A stretch of 64,000 nucleotides of DNA from Candidatus Sulfopaludibacter sp. SbA3 (GTDB taxonomy: Bacteria; Acidobacteriota; Vicinamibacteria; Vicinamibacterales; UBA2999), in assembly GCA_945903265.1 (NCBI GenBank), contig CAMDNQ010000007.1, positions 26,111 to 90,110 on the forward strand. Reading direction: 5' to 3'. Below are positions 1-9,601 of this stretch, piece by piece. Every line of letters begins with the position of its first letter. Positions within the stretch are counted from its first letter, which is position 1. The position numbers and the translations under genes were made by a program. The notes under the pieces are model-generated. The model was not told the origin of the DNA. It worked only from the letters and a program-made list of their open reading frames with translations, and ran no database searches.

Positions 1-1
1 G

Positions 2-2248
2 GTGGAGGTGTTCGAGCAGTTTCTGCACCGCATCTTTCCCGGCAAGACACGGTTCTCGATCGAAGGGCTCGACATGCTGGTGCCGATCCTCGACGAGATC
101 ATCAGCGGCGCCGGCGACCAGGGTGTGCGGCACACGGTCCTCGGCATGGCGCACCGCGGCAGGCTCAACGTGCTGGCCCACATTCTCGACAAGCCGTATC
201 GGGAGATTCTCGCGGAGTTCAAGGATCCGGTGCACCGGGATACCGTTCGGCTCGACGTCGGGTGGCGCGGCGACGTGAAGTACCACGCGGGGGCCCGCAC
301 GTCCAGCCCGCGCGGACAGATGTTCCTGACGCTCGTGCCGAATCCCAGCCATCTCGAGGCAGTCAATCCGGTCGTGGAAGGAATGACGCGCGCGGCGGGC
401 ACGAACGCCAGCCAGCCAGGTGCGCCGCGGTTTGACGGAAGCGTCGTGCTGCCATTGCTCATTCATGGCGACACGTCGTTCCCGGGGCAGGGGGTGGTGG
501 CGGAGACGCTCAATCTGTCCCGCCTCGACGGCTACGACACGGGCGGAACGATCCACATCATCGCGAACAACCAGCTCGGGTTTACCGCGACGCCGGACGA
601 ATCGTACAGCACGAGCTACGCGAGCGGCCTGGCGCGCGGGTTCAAGATTCCGATCGTCCACGTCAACGCAGACGACCCTGCCGCCTGCCTCGAAGCCGCG
701 CGACTGGCGTGGGAGTACCGCTGCCGCTTCCGGCGTGACTTTCTCATCGATCTCGTCGGCTACCGGCGGTATGGCCACAACGAGGGCGATGAGCCCGCGT
801 TCACGCAGCCGCTCATCTACAAGAAGGTGACTGGCCATCCGACCGTGCGGAGCGTCTGGGCGCAGGCACAAAGCCAGCACGGGCACATCCCGCTGGAGCG
901 CGCCGACGAACTCGTGAAGAAGCACTTCTCGGTCCTGGACGAGGCGTATGCCTCGCTGAACCCCGAGGAGCACATGTCAGCCCCCGTGGTCGACATGGCG
1001 CCCGCCGGCCTGGCGACACGGACGGCGACAGGAGTTCCGGTTGAACAGCTGCGTGAGCTGAACGACTCGCTGACACAGCGGCCCGAAGGTTTTACGTTCC
1101 ACAAGAAACTGGAGCGGGCGAGAGACAAACGGAAGAACGCGCTGGCGGACCCCGATGCGCGGTCGATCGACTGGGCGACCGCGGAGGAGCTCGCGTTTGC
1201 CAGCGTGCTGGCCGACGGCATTCCGATCAGGCTGACCGGCGAGGACGTCGAGCGCGGCACCTTCAGTCAGCGGCACGCGGTCTTCCACGACGCCGAGACC
1301 GGCCGCAGGCATATTCCGCTGCAGACGTTCTCCGGCAGCCGCGGCGCCTTCGAGGTCTGCAACAGTCCGCTCTCGGAGAATGCCGCCATCGGTTTCGAGT
1401 TCGGTTACAACGTCTACGAACCTGGACGGCTCGTCCTCTGGGAGGCGCAGTACGGCGATTTCCTGAACGGCGCGCAGGTGATGCTCGACCAGTTCGTGAC
1501 GTCCAGCCGCGCCAAGTGGGGCATGGAACCCTCGCTCGTGTTCCTGCTGCCGCACGGCTACGAAGGACAGGGACCCGAGCACTCGAGCGCGCGTCCCGAG
1601 CGTATCCTCGAGGCCGCGGCCGATCTGAACCTCCGCCTCGTGAATTGCAGCACGGCCGCCCAGTATTTTCACGTGCTGCGGCGGCAGGCTTTGCTCCTGG
1701 CCGACGATCCACTGCCGCTGTTCATCCTGACGCCGAAAAGCCTGCTCCGCCATCCGGCGGTCGCCTCCGCTCCCCGCGAGCTTGCGGAAGGACGCTTCGA
1801 GCCGGTGATTGACGACCGCGGCGCCCGTACGCGCGCCAGGGAGATCCGGCGCCTGATTCTGTGCAGCGGCAAGGTCTTCGTGGACGCCGACACCAATGAG
1901 CGGCGGAAGGACGAAACCGCCATCGCGATCTGCCGCGTCGAACAGCTTTTCCCGTTTCCATCGGACGCCATCGCATCGACGCTTGCCGCCTATCCGGCGC
2001 TTCGCGATGTCGTCTGGCTCCAGGAGGAGCCGGAAAACATGGGAGCCTGGGAGTTCGTACGGCCGCTGCTCGAAGAGCTCCTCGAGGGGAAATGTCCCCT
2101 GCGGTACGTCGGCCGCGCCCGCAGCGCGAGTCCCTCTGAGGGCTCGGCCGCATGGCATCAGATCAACCAGAAGGCGCTGATCGCGCAGGCGTTCGAGACG
2201 CGCACCGAGTCGCGCGAGCCATCGCTGGTTCTGTCCAAGCAGGCATAG
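2..2248 (+). CDS. sucA: 2-oxoglutarate dehydrogenase E1 component, C-terminal ~750 aa (5' end off-window)
   Basis: ORF open from the window edge. E1o motifs [16 protein letters not shown] and [11 protein letters not shown], and C-terminal [13 protein letters not shown]. The E2o gene starts 10 nt downstream. Confidence 0.93.
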   Translation: MEVFEQFLHRIFPGKTRFSIEGLDMLVPILDEIISGAGDQGVRHTVLGMAHRGRLNVLAHILDKPYREILAEFKDPVHRDTVRLDVGWRGDVKYHAGARTSSPRGQMFLTLVPNPSHLEAVNPVVEGMTRAAGTNASQPGAPRFDGSVVLPLLIHGDTSFPGQGVVAETLNLSRLDGYDTGGTIHIIANNQLGFTATPDESYSTSYASGLARGFKIPIVHVNADDPAACLEAARLAWEYRCRFRRDFLIDLVGYRRYGHNEGDEPAFTQPLIYKKVTGHPTVRSVWAQAQSQHGHIPLERADELVKKHFSVLDEAYASLNPEEHMSAPVVDMAPAGLATRTATGVPVEQLRELNDSLTQRPEGFTFHKKLERARDKRKNALADPDARSIDWATAEELAFASVLADGIPIRLTGEDVERGTFSQRHAVFHDAETGRRHIPLQTFSGSRGAFEVCNSPLSENAAIGFEFGYNVYEPGRLVLWEAQYGDFLNGAQVMLDQFVTSSRAKWGMEPSLVFLLPHGYEGQGPEHSSARPERILEAAADLNLRLVNCSTAAQYFHVLRRQALLLADDPLPLFILTPKSLLRHPAVASAPRELAEGRFEPVIDDRGARTRAREIRRLILCSGKVFVDADTNERRKDETAIAICRVEQLFPFPSDAIASTLAAYPALRDVVWLQEEPENMGAWEFVRPLLEELLEGKCPLRYVGRARSASPSEGSAAWHQINQKALIAQAFETRTESREPSLVLSKQA

Positions 2249-2258
2249 GCACTCTCAC

Positions 2259-3440
2259 ATGTCCAACATCGTTGTTCCGCAACTCAGTGAATCGGTCGTC
2301 GAGGCGCGCGTCACCAAATGGCTCAAGAAGGTGGGCGACCGCGTCACGACGGGAGAGCCGGTCGTCGAGCTCGAGACCGACAAGGTCGATCTGGAAGTCG
2401 GTGCGAACCACTCCGGCGTGCTGTCCAGCATCACGCGGGGCGAAGGCGAAGACGTCAAGGTTGGAGATGTTCTCGCCGTCGTCGACGAGTCGGCCGCACC
2501 GGCGTCGCCCGCGTCTCAGGAACCCAAGGAACCCCAAGAAGCTAACGAACCGAAGGCACCTCAAGCACCTCAAGAACCCCAAGCACCCTCCCGCGCCACG
2601 CCAACCGCGAAACGGATCGCTCGTGAGCACGACGTCGACATTCGCGCCGTTCAGGGCTCCGGCTCGAGCGGCCGCGTCACCAAGCAGGACGTTCAGACCG
2701 CGCTGAAGCCGGCGCCCTCCTCCGCCAGGCCGTCCGGCGAACGCACCGAAGAGCGTGTGCGGATGTCCAAGCGCCGGCAGACAATTGCGCGGCGGCTTGT
2801 CGAAGCGCAGCGCACCGCGGCGATGCTGACGACGTTCAATGACGTGGATATGTCAGCGGTGATGGCGCTGCGCGAACGTCGCAAGGAAGATTTCAAAAAG
2901 CAGCACGGTGTCGGCCTTGGCATCGCGTCGTTCTTCGTCAAGGCGAGCATTGCTGCCCTGCGCGCCTACCCGCTCCTCAACGCCGAAATTCAGGGCGAGG
3001 AGATCGTCTACAAGCGGTACTACGACATTGGCATCGCGGTGGGGGCCGAAGGCGGCCTGGTCGTTCCCGTCCTGCGCGATGCTGACCGGATGTCATTCCC
3101 CGATATTGAACTGGGGATTCGCGCCTTCGCGACGCGGGCGGCGGACGGCACCCTGACGCTCGACGACATCACGGGCGGGACATTCACCATTACCAATGGC
3201 GGGGTGTTCGGATCCCTGATGAGCACGCCAATTCTCAATCCGCCCCAGGTCGGTATTCTGGGCCTCCACAAGATCCAGGATCGCGCGGTACCTGTGAACG
3301 GTCAGGTCGTCATCCGGCCGATGATGTACGTGGCGCTCAGTTACGATCACCGGCTCGTAGACGGACGCGAGGCGGTCAAGTTCCTCGTGACCCTCAAGGA
3401 GTTGGTGGAAGATCCGGCTAATCTGTTACTGGTCCCGTGA
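2259..3440 (+). CDS. sucB: dihydrolipoyllysine-residue succinyltransferase (E2o)
   Basis: Lipoyl domain with [12 protein letters not shown], a PE/PQ-rich linker, E3-binding region [15 protein letters not shown], and catalytic [12 protein letters not shown]. Confidence 0.93.
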   Translation: MSNIVVPQLSESVVEARVTKWLKKVGDRVTTGEPVVELETDKVDLEVGANHSGVLSSITRGEGEDVKVGDVLAVVDESAAPASPASQEPKEPQEANEPKAPQAPQEPQAPSRATPTAKRIAREHDVDIRAVQGSGSSGRVTKQDVQTALKPAPSSARPSGERTEERVRMSKRRQTIARRLVEAQRTAAMLTTFNDVDMSAVMALRERRKEDFKKQHGVGLGIASFFVKASIAALRAYPLLNAEIQGEEIVYKRYYDIGIAVGAEGGLVVPVLRDADRMSFPDIELGIRAFATRAADGTLTLDDITGGTFTITNGGVFGSLMSTPILNPPQVGILGLHKIQDRAVPVNGQVVIRPMMYVALSYDHRLVDGREAVKFLVTLKELVEDPANLLLVP

Positions 3441-4321
3441 TGATGCACCGTCTCTCGTCCGCTGCTGTAGCCATGCTGCTCGCGCTCATTCTCGTGGGGG
3501 CCGGCTTCCCCGGCCCGCTCACGCCTGACGGGGCGGGCAGCCAGCTCTGGGCGCAGACCGTCCCGGACATTCCTGCCCCGCCCGATGTGGCAGCGCCGCC
3601 CGCCGACGCCACGAAAAGCGCGACAGGCCTGGCGTCAAGGATCATCTCGCCCGGAACCGGCGAAAAGCTGGTATCGGAGAGCGACGTGGTGACGGTTCAT
3701 TACAACGGATGGACGTCTGAGGGACGGTTGTTCGATAGCTCACGCGCGCGAAGCCTGCCCAGCATGTTTCCGCTGAACCGCGTGATGGCCGGCTGGCGCG
3801 AGTGCGTGCTCCAGATGACGGTAGGCGAAACGCGGCGCTGCTGGGTGCCGCAGGCGCTGGCCTACAACGGACAGGCAGGACGGCCGACGGGCACAGTCGT
3901 CTTCGATATCGAACTCGTCGATGCGCGTCGCGCCCCCAGCGTGCCGCCGCCGGACGTCGCCGCGCCGCCGGCCGACGTGACGACGACGGCGTCGGGGCTC
4001 ATGTACAAGGTCATCAAGCCGGGCACCGGCACACGGCGCCCGACCCCCCGCGAGGGCGTGACGGTCCACTACACCGGGTGGACAACGGACGGGAAGGTCT
4101 TCGACAGCACCGTCGCGAAGGGCATGCCGGTCACGCTGGAATTGAACAACGTCATCCCCGGATGGACGGAGGGCATGCAGCTGATGGTGGAAGGCGACCG
4201 GATGCGTTTCTGGATTCCGCAGAATCTGGCCTACAAGGGGGCACGAGGCGCCCCCGCCGGCATGCTCGTCTTCGACATCGACCTCATAAAGATCGAGCCG
4301 CCCATCACGTCCCGATTCTAA
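3437..4321 (+). CDS. secreted FKBP-type peptidyl-prolyl isomerase with two tandem FKBP domains
   Basis: Hydrophobic N-terminus. Two FKBP cores ([18 protein letters not shown] and [18 protein letters not shown]), each preceded by [10 protein letters not shown]. The start (GTG 3437 or ATG 3440) overlaps the sucB stop. Confidence 0.8.
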   Translation: MMMHRLSSAAVAMLLALILVGAGFPGPLTPDGAGSQLWAQTVPDIPAPPDVAAPPADATKSATGLASRIISPGTGEKLVSESDVVTVHYNGWTSEGRLFDSSRARSLPSMFPLNRVMAGWRECVLQMTVGETRRCWVPQALAYNGQAGRPTGTVVFDIELVDARRAPSVPPPDVAAPPADVTTTASGLMYKVIKPGTGTRRPTPREGVTVHYTGWTTDGKVFDSTVAKGMPVTLELNNVIPGWTEGMQLMVEGDRMRFWIPQNLAYKGARGAPAGMLVFDIDLIKIEPPITSRF

Positions 4322-4353
4322 GAACTCCCAACTTCCAAGACGCCAACTCCCAA
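4322..4353 (+). repeat. 32-nt C/A-rich dispersed repeat, copy 1 (gaactcccaacttccaagacgccaactcccaa)
   Basis: Begins 1 nt after the FKBP TAA. Matches the reverse complement of 8026-8057 at 30/32 positions, and partly matches 5772-5799. Confidence 0.8.
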
Positions 4354-4487
4354 GGCGCGGCGCAAGCCGTTCGCTGCAAGTGCACGCAGGTGCTAACATC
4401 CCGCCCTATCAGATACTTGGGTGCGATCGGGGTCTGAGCGAGGCGACGGCGTTAGCTGCAGCCTGGCGTTGCGGTCTACTCCAAGAG

Positions 4488-5124
4488 ACGTATGTACCTG
4501 CATCGTTCGCTGTCTCAGATGAGAAGACCCTGGCGTCGTTCATCGAGAGGTACGACTTCGCGACGCTGACCAGTTCGTCATCGACAGGGTTGGTGGCCTC
4601 GCACATCCCGATCATGCTTCGCCGTTCAGCGGGGAAGGCCGTCCTCATTGGCCATGTCGCCCGCGCCAACAACCAATGGCGGCAGTTTGACGGAAGCGCG
4701 GAGGCTCTCGCCATCTTTCACGGACCTCATGCCTACGTCTCACCCACGTGGTACGCGACATCGCCCGCCGTACCTACGTGGAACTACGCGGCCGTTCATG
4801 TCTATGGGAAGCCACGCGCAAGAGAAGAGGGCGACTTCACGGCTGCCGCTCTTCAAGACCTTGTTGCGAGACACGAGGGCTCTCGGGCGAAGCCGTGGCG
4901 CACCGAAGACCTGGGGGGGAGACTTTTTCGAGAAGCTGGCCAAAGCCATCGTCGCCTTCGAGATGCCAATCGATAGGATCGAAGGAAAGTTCAAACTCGG
5001 CCAGAACCGCTCTCAAGACGACCGCCTTGGGATGCTCCAAGGACTCGATGCTGAGAAGTCTCCCGACGCCGGAGCGCTCGCCGCTTTCATCAGAGAAACC
5101 CTTAAGAGCGACGGGGGCGTCTGA
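4488..5124 (+). pseudogene. PaiB-like FMN-binding regulator, apparently disrupted (frameshift plus missing canonical start)
   Basis: The N-terminal part lies in the frame of ORF 4380-4976 (YVPASFAVSDEKTLASFIERYDFATLTS...HGPHAYVSPTWY). The C-terminal part lies in the +1 frame of ORF 4648-5124 (DFFEKLAKAIVAFEMPIDRIEGKFKLGQNR). The junction is a G7 run at 4913-4919. ACG (4488-4490) sits where family members carry the initiator Met of MY(I/V)P. Confidence 0.65.
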
Positions 5125-5193
5125 CCTGGCGATGAACCTGACGGGCCGCTTCGCGTTCCGCAGGTTATCGGCTAAACGTTAGACGGCTCTCGA

Positions 5194-5493
5194 TCAGCTA
5201 CGGCCTTTCCAATAACCTGGGCAGCGACTCGTGTGCGCGACGGCGACGACGTACATGTCGTCGTCGCGGACTCGATACACGACTTTATAGGGAAATCCAC
5301 TGACGAGGAGTTGCCGGTTCGGGAGCCGACCGGTTCGTGGCGTCCCAACCTCTGGATGCGTCCGGATAAGGTCGATCGCCCGGACCACCGAATCGTAGAA
5401 GTCGGCGCCAAGCCCTGACCGTCGCGCCTCGTACCACAGCACGGCCGCGGATAACTCGTCCGAGGCAGGTGCGCTGTATTGAACCGGCTTCAC
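5194..5493 (-). CDS. RelE/ParE-family type II toxin
   Basis: 99 aa with family-like features (FYDSVVRAIDLIRTHPEVG, YKVVYRVRDDDMYVVAVAH). The GTG start overlaps the stop of the upstream small gene (GTGA). Confidence 0.75.
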   Translation of the reverse strand: MKPVQYSAPASDELSAAVLWYEARRSGLGADFYDSVVRAIDLIRTHPEVGTPRTGRLPNRQLLVSGFPYKVVYRVRDDDMYVVAVAHTSRCPGYWKGRS

Positions 5494-5726
5494 CGCCCGA
5501 GAATGTCTTTCTCGATTCGGCGTCGCACGTTGTCCCAGGGTTCAAGGGGAATGGTACCGGCCTCAATGGCCGCGATGCGACGCTCGATTTCGGCATCCCA
5601 CGCAGCCTCTGCGTCGATGTCAGCGGGGCCATCAAGGCTCGCGACCAGTTCGGCCGCAAGTTCGGCGCGCGCCGCATCATCGAGGCGTAGCGCATCGGCC
5701 AGGACCGCGGCCATCGGCTTCGTCAT
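5490..5726 (-). CDS. putative addiction-module antitoxin (TIGR02574-like)
   Basis: 78-aa acidic protein with DAEAAWDAEIERRIAAIEAGT, typical of this antitoxin family. Has a 4-nt overlap with the toxin gene. Confidence 0.65.
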   Translation of the reverse strand: MTKPMAAVLADALRLDDAARAELAAELVASLDGPADIDAEAAWDAEIERRIAAIEAGTIPLEPWDNVRRRIEKDILGR

Positions 5727-5771
5727 ATGCCGATCCTACGCTTCGGCTCCAGGCCTAACAAGCGGCTGCGT

Positions 5772-5799
5772 GTTGACGCCTTGGAAGTTGGGCGTTTCG
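5772..5799 (-). repeat. partial third copy of the C/A-rich repeat (rc: cgaaacgcccaacttccaaggcgtcaac)
   Basis: Shares CCCAACTTCCAAG(A/G)CG(C/T)CAAC with copy 1. Lies between the antitoxin start and the propeller gene start. Confidence 0.6.
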
Positions 5800-5825
5800 T
5801 GTAATGATCCGCGCGGAGGTCGCCG

Positions 5826-6833
5826 ATGCGGATCCCTAGGCATTTCATTCAGATCGCTCTGTCGTCTACTGCCCTCGCGGCTGTCACGAACGTCGCAGCC
5901 GCGCAGGCTCCTCCGACCGCGCGTCTCCTCGTCCTCCTCAGGAACGCCAGCGCGCTCGCCATCGTCGACCCGGCGTCCGGGAAGGAGCTGGGCCGCGTCC
6001 CGACCGGCGTGGATCCGCACGAAGTCGCGGTCACGCCAGACGGAACCATGGCATTCGTAGCCAGCCCTCGCGAGGGAATTTCCGTCATCGACGTGGCGGC
6101 GATGAAGGAGCTGCGGCGCGTGGACACCGGCACCCTCAGTGCGCCGCATGACGTGCTCTACGCAAACGGGAAGCTATATTTCACGGCCGAGGGTTTCAAG
6201 ACGATCGGCCGCTACGATCCGGCTGCGAACAAGATTGAATGGATGCTCGGGATCGGCCAGGACGGCACGCACATGATGGTGCTCGCCAAAGACCAGCAGA
6301 CGATGTGGGTGCCGAACCGCGGATCGAACAGCATCTCCGTGATTGAGGGCGTGGCCGGCGGGCCGCCGAAGTTCCGGACCACGGCGATCCCCGTACCCGG
6401 GATCAGGCCGGAAGGCCTCGACCTGTCGCCCGACGGCCGCGAGCTCTGGACGGCGACGCGCGGCGACGGCGGCGTGACCATCATCGACACGGCGACCAGG
6501 AAGGTCACCCACACATTCAATCTCAAGCTGACCGACGCCAATCGCCTGAAGTTCACGCCCGATGGCAAGGTGCTGATCCTCGACGGCGGCACCGGCACGC
6601 TCGTGATTCTCGATGCCGCGTCGCGCAAGGAGATCAAACGGCTTCAGGTCGCGCCTGGTGACAGCGGCGACGGCGGTATGTTCGTGATGCCGGACGGATC
6701 GCGTGCCTACCTGGGTCTGCGTGACGACCACAGCGTGGTGACGATCAACCTGAAGACGCTCGAGATCGAGAGCCGCCTTGCGATGGGTCCCGATTCAGGT
6801 CCTGGCTGCGTGAACTGGGCGGCTCTGAAGTAG
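5826..6833 (+). CDS. secreted YVTN/YncE-like beta-propeller repeat protein
   Basis: Signal-like N-terminus (ALAAVTNVAAAQA). Contains repeated units of the form ...D...G..L.......P..V.V.PDG..A. Confidence 0.65.
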   Translation: MRIPRHFIQIALSSTALAAVTNVAAAQAPPTARLLVLLRNASALAIVDPASGKELGRVPTGVDPHEVAVTPDGTMAFVASPREGISVIDVAAMKELRRVDTGTLSAPHDVLYANGKLYFTAEGFKTIGRYDPAANKIEWMLGIGQDGTHMMVLAKDQQTMWVPNRGSNSISVIEGVAGGPPKFRTTAIPVPGIRPEGLDLSPDGRELWTATRGDGGVTIIDTATRKVTHTFNLKLTDANRLKFTPDGKVLILDGGTGTLVILDAASRKEIKRLQVAPGDSGDGGMFVMPDGSRAYLGLRDDHSVVTINLKTLEIESRLAMGPDSGPGCVNWAALK

Positions 6834-6837
6834 AAAC

Positions 6838-8025
6838 GTGATGAACCGGCGAGAGTTTCTCTACACCGCCGCCGCGGGAACGCTGGCGGCGCACGTTACG
6901 CCGGCTGCCGCCCAGGCTACCAACTACGATCTGATCATCCGCGGCGGCCGCGTGATCGACCCTTCGCTTCGCCTCGATGGGATCCGCGATGTCGCCATCA
7001 ACGGCGCACGAATCGCGGCCGTCGACGCACACATTGCCGCCGGCGCCACCGAGACCATCAACGCGGCCGGCAGGCTCGTCGTGCCAGGGCTCATCGACAT
7101 TCACACCCACGCCGCCCGCACCGTCGAGGGTCCGGCGCTCGTGCTCGCCGACGGCGTGACCGGATGGATCGATGCCGGTTCACAGGGCGCCGATGGGATC
7201 GCTGGTCCTGCCGTTATAGCCCGCGCGTCTCCGCAGCAGGGACGCGTGCTGATCAACGTCGGGCGGGGTGGCATTCTGCCCGATGGCGACACCGTGGACA
7301 TCGCGCGCGCGGACGTCGGCGCGCTGCGCGATGCGATTGCGAAGCACCGCGACGTCATCGTCGGCGTCAAGGCGAGGCTGTCACGGGAGAATACCGGCGA
7401 GAACGACGACGAGGTGCTCAGGCGCGCTCAGGAAGTCGCGACCGCCGCCAATCTTCCGGTGATGATTCACATGGGACAGTCGCGCTCGCCCCTCCCCCGC
7501 CTGCTCGATCGCCTCAAGCCCGGCGACATCGTCACGCACATGTTCGCGCCGCCGCCCAACAGCATCATTGACGAGAGCGGCCGCATCCTTCCGGAAGTGC
7601 TGGCCGCCAGACGCCGCGGCGTCTGGTTCGACGTCGGCAACGGGCAGAACGGCCACATCCGATGGGATGTCGTCCAGCCCATCATGCGGGCCGGCTTCTG
7701 GCCCGACACGTTCTCCACCGACTGGAACGTCAATAGCCCGAAGACCGGAGTCATCGACTTTCCCAACTGCATGTCGAAATTCTTCGGCTTCGGCATGAGC
7801 GTGTCAGACGCGATTTCATGCGCGACCGTCAACGCCGCGCGCACCTTCGCCGTGTTCCGCGACCGCGGCACCCTCAACGTGGGCGCGGTGGCCGACATCG
7901 CGCTGCTCGAATTGCGTGAGGGACACTTCGAATTCCTGGATAACTACAAGAACACGATCCAGGGCCGGCAGCGGCTGTTCCCGAGTGGAACTATCCTGGC
8001 TGGAAAGCGGGTCCCGCGAGCCTGA
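6838..8025 (+). CDS. Tat-signal amidohydrolase/deacetylase-family metallohydrolase
   Basis: MMNRREFLYTAAAG twin-arginine leader. PGLIDIHTHA metal-binding HxH motif. Lies 4 nt after the propeller gene. Confidence 0.72.
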   Translation: MMNRREFLYTAAAGTLAAHVTPAAAQATNYDLIIRGGRVIDPSLRLDGIRDVAINGARIAAVDAHIAAGATETINAAGRLVVPGLIDIHTHAARTVEGPALVLADGVTGWIDAGSQGADGIAGPAVIARASPQQGRVLINVGRGGILPDGDTVDIARADVGALRDAIAKHRDVIVGVKARLSRENTGENDDEVLRRAQEVATAANLPVMIHMGQSRSPLPRLLDRLKPGDIVTHMFAPPPNSIIDESGRILPEVLAARRRGVWFDVGNGQNGHIRWDVVQPIMRAGFWPDTFSTDWNVNSPKTGVIDFPNCMSKFFGFGMSVSDAISCATVNAARTFAVFRDRGTLNVGAVADIALLELREGHFEFLDNYKNTIQGRQRLFPSGTILAGKRVPRA

Positions 8026-8057
8026 TTGGGAGTTGGCGCCTTGGGAGTTGGGAGTTC
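8026..8057 (-). repeat. 32-nt C/A-rich dispersed repeat, copy 2 (inverted relative to copy 1)
   Basis: The reverse complement gaactcccaactcccaaggcgccaactcccaa differs from 4322-4353 at 2 positions. Begins 1 nt after the amidohydrolase TGA. Confidence 0.8.
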
Positions 8058-8119
8058 GAGTCAGATTCGGTTCGTTAACGGGCGGGGAAGTGCTCGCGGT
8101 CGCGAAGCGATTGTACGCT

Positions 8120-9598
8120 TCAGGAGCGCGGTGCCGGCTCGCTGGTCTCGCGGATTGGTATGCGAGGCTCGGCGCACGGAATCTCCGCCTCGGCCGTAAT
8201 AATGTGAGGCTTCGACGGTCCGATGTCGACGGCTATCGTGCGCCACTTCTGCTGCTGAAACCGCGCGACGCTGAGACCGCACCGGAGCATGTGCCCGGTG
8301 AGAATCGCCATCCAGATGTGACGCGCCTCGAGGCCGGTCGTCGCCTGAAAGAACGTGCACAGTCCGAGAGGTACGACGATCTGCGACACGATGGAAATAT
8401 AGAGCGGACTTCTGGTATCGCCGGTTCCCTGCAGCGCGCCGGTGTAACTCAATGCGACCGTGATGAAGAATCCCGAGACGCTCAGATATCGCAGCAGCTC
8501 TACACCGATATCGATGACGCGGGGATCGTCCATGCCGAAGATCGCCAGCAGGTACCGCGGAATCAGAAAGAATGTAAGCCCCACGACGGCGGCGACCGCC
8601 AGCCCGAACTGAGACGCCACCCGGACCCCTGCAATCGCGCGGTCGGGATTTCCCGCGCCCAGATTCTGGCCGGCGATTGTCGACGCGGCACCCATCAGGC
8701 CAACGGACGTCCATGTGATGAACGAAAACAGCTCCGTATAGCCGATGGTGTATGCCGCCTGCGCCGCGGCGCTTTCGTCGAGTGAACCGATGAACCGGAG
8801 CAGAAGGACGCCCCCCACATTCATCGCGATCCCCTGCACACCGGTCGGGAGGCCGAAGCGGAAGAGCGATCGGATGATCGTGAAGTCGGGTCGGAGATCC
8901 ATGTGGCGTTCGAAATGGATGACCGACTCCGGCCGCATCAGACGCCAGATGCCATACCCCGAGACGAGGGTGCTGCTCGCGATGGTTCCGTAGGCCGCCC
9001 CTACAGTGCCGAGTGCGGGAATCAGAACCAGGTTGAAGCCAATCGTCAGCACCGTCATGCCGACGCCAAGGCGAAGCGGGGTGTGAGGATCACCCGCGGC
9101 GCGAAAGGCGCCGCTCAGCATGAAGAACATCATCATGCCGATGAAGCCAACCATCATCGTCCGCAGGAATGGCAGCGCTTCGGCGTGCACGTCGGGCGCC
9201 GCGTTGACGAGATCGAGCAGCGTCGGTGCGGCCGCCCATCCCACGGCGCCAAGAATTACGGAGAGTCCGGCGGCCGTGAGAAATGCCTGATAGACGACGC
9301 GATTGACCTTGTCAGGCTGGTTCGCGCCGGCGAACCGCGCGACCAGTACACCCATGCCGGTGAAGACCGATACCGCGAAGACGATGACGACGATGATGAT
9401 CTGCCAGCTGACGCCGATTGCTGCGTTGGCGGTGTAGCCGACAAAGTGGCCGACCATCGCATGATCGATGATGCCCTGCAGACCCGCGATGACATTCTGG
9501 AGCATCGTTGGCCATGCGAGGCGCCAGACGGCTGGGCGGAGCGGGCCTTCGATGATCGAGCGGTCGAACTTCTTTCGTACCGGGACGGCGCCTGCCAT
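8120..9598 (-). CDS. MATE-family efflux transporter
   Basis: 492 aa and polytopic. MATE-like N-terminus (WRLAWPTMLQNVIAGLQGIIDHAMVGH). The start lies 3 nt after the topoisomerase B stop. Confidence 0.82.
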   Translation of the reverse strand: MAGAVPVRKKFDRSIIEGPLRPAVWRLAWPTMLQNVIAGLQGIIDHAMVGHFVGYTANAAIGVSWQIIIVVIVFAVSVFTGMGVLVARFAGANQPDKVNRVVYQAFLTAAGLSVILGAVGWAAAPTLLDLVNAAPDVHAEALPFLRTMMVGFIGMMMFFMLSGAFRAAGDPHTPLRLGVGMTVLTIGFNLVLIPALGTVGAAYGTIASSTLVSGYGIWRLMRPESVIHFERHMDLRPDFTIIRSLFRFGLPTGVQGIAMNVGGVLLLRFIGSLDESAAAQAAYTIGYTELFSFITWTSVGLMGAASTIAGQNLGAGNPDRAIAGVRVASQFGLAVAAVVGLTFFLIPRYLLAIFGMDDPRVIDIGVELLRYLSVSGFFITVALSYTGALQGTGDTRSPLYISIVSQIVVPLGLCTFFQATTGLEARHIWMAILTGHMLRCGLSVARFQQQKWRTIAVDIGPSKPHIITAEAEIPCAEPRIPIRETSEPAPRS

Positions 9599-9601
9599 GG
9601 G

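Noticed and set aside
2515-2590. A/C-rich quasi-repeat inside sucB that resembles the intergenic repeats (gaacccaaggaaccccaagaagctaacgaaccgaagg...)
   Set aside because: It encodes the expected Pro/Glu/Gln/Ala-rich flexible linker between the lipoyl and E3-binding domains of an E2 protein. There is no evidence of element insertion.
4322-8057. CRISPR array or MITE pair formed by the 32-nt repeats
   Set aside because: There are only three copies, in mixed orientation, separated by kilobases of coding sequence. There is no regular spacing, no cas genes and no terminal duplication, so this is not a CRISPR array. The MITE status cannot be decided.
8045-8075. tRNA-like T-arm sequence GGGAGTTCGAGTC
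   Set aside because: The flanking bases do not form a T-stem (TGGGA versus TCAGA), and no acceptor or anticodon arms can be drawn. It is part of the C/A-rich repeat copy.
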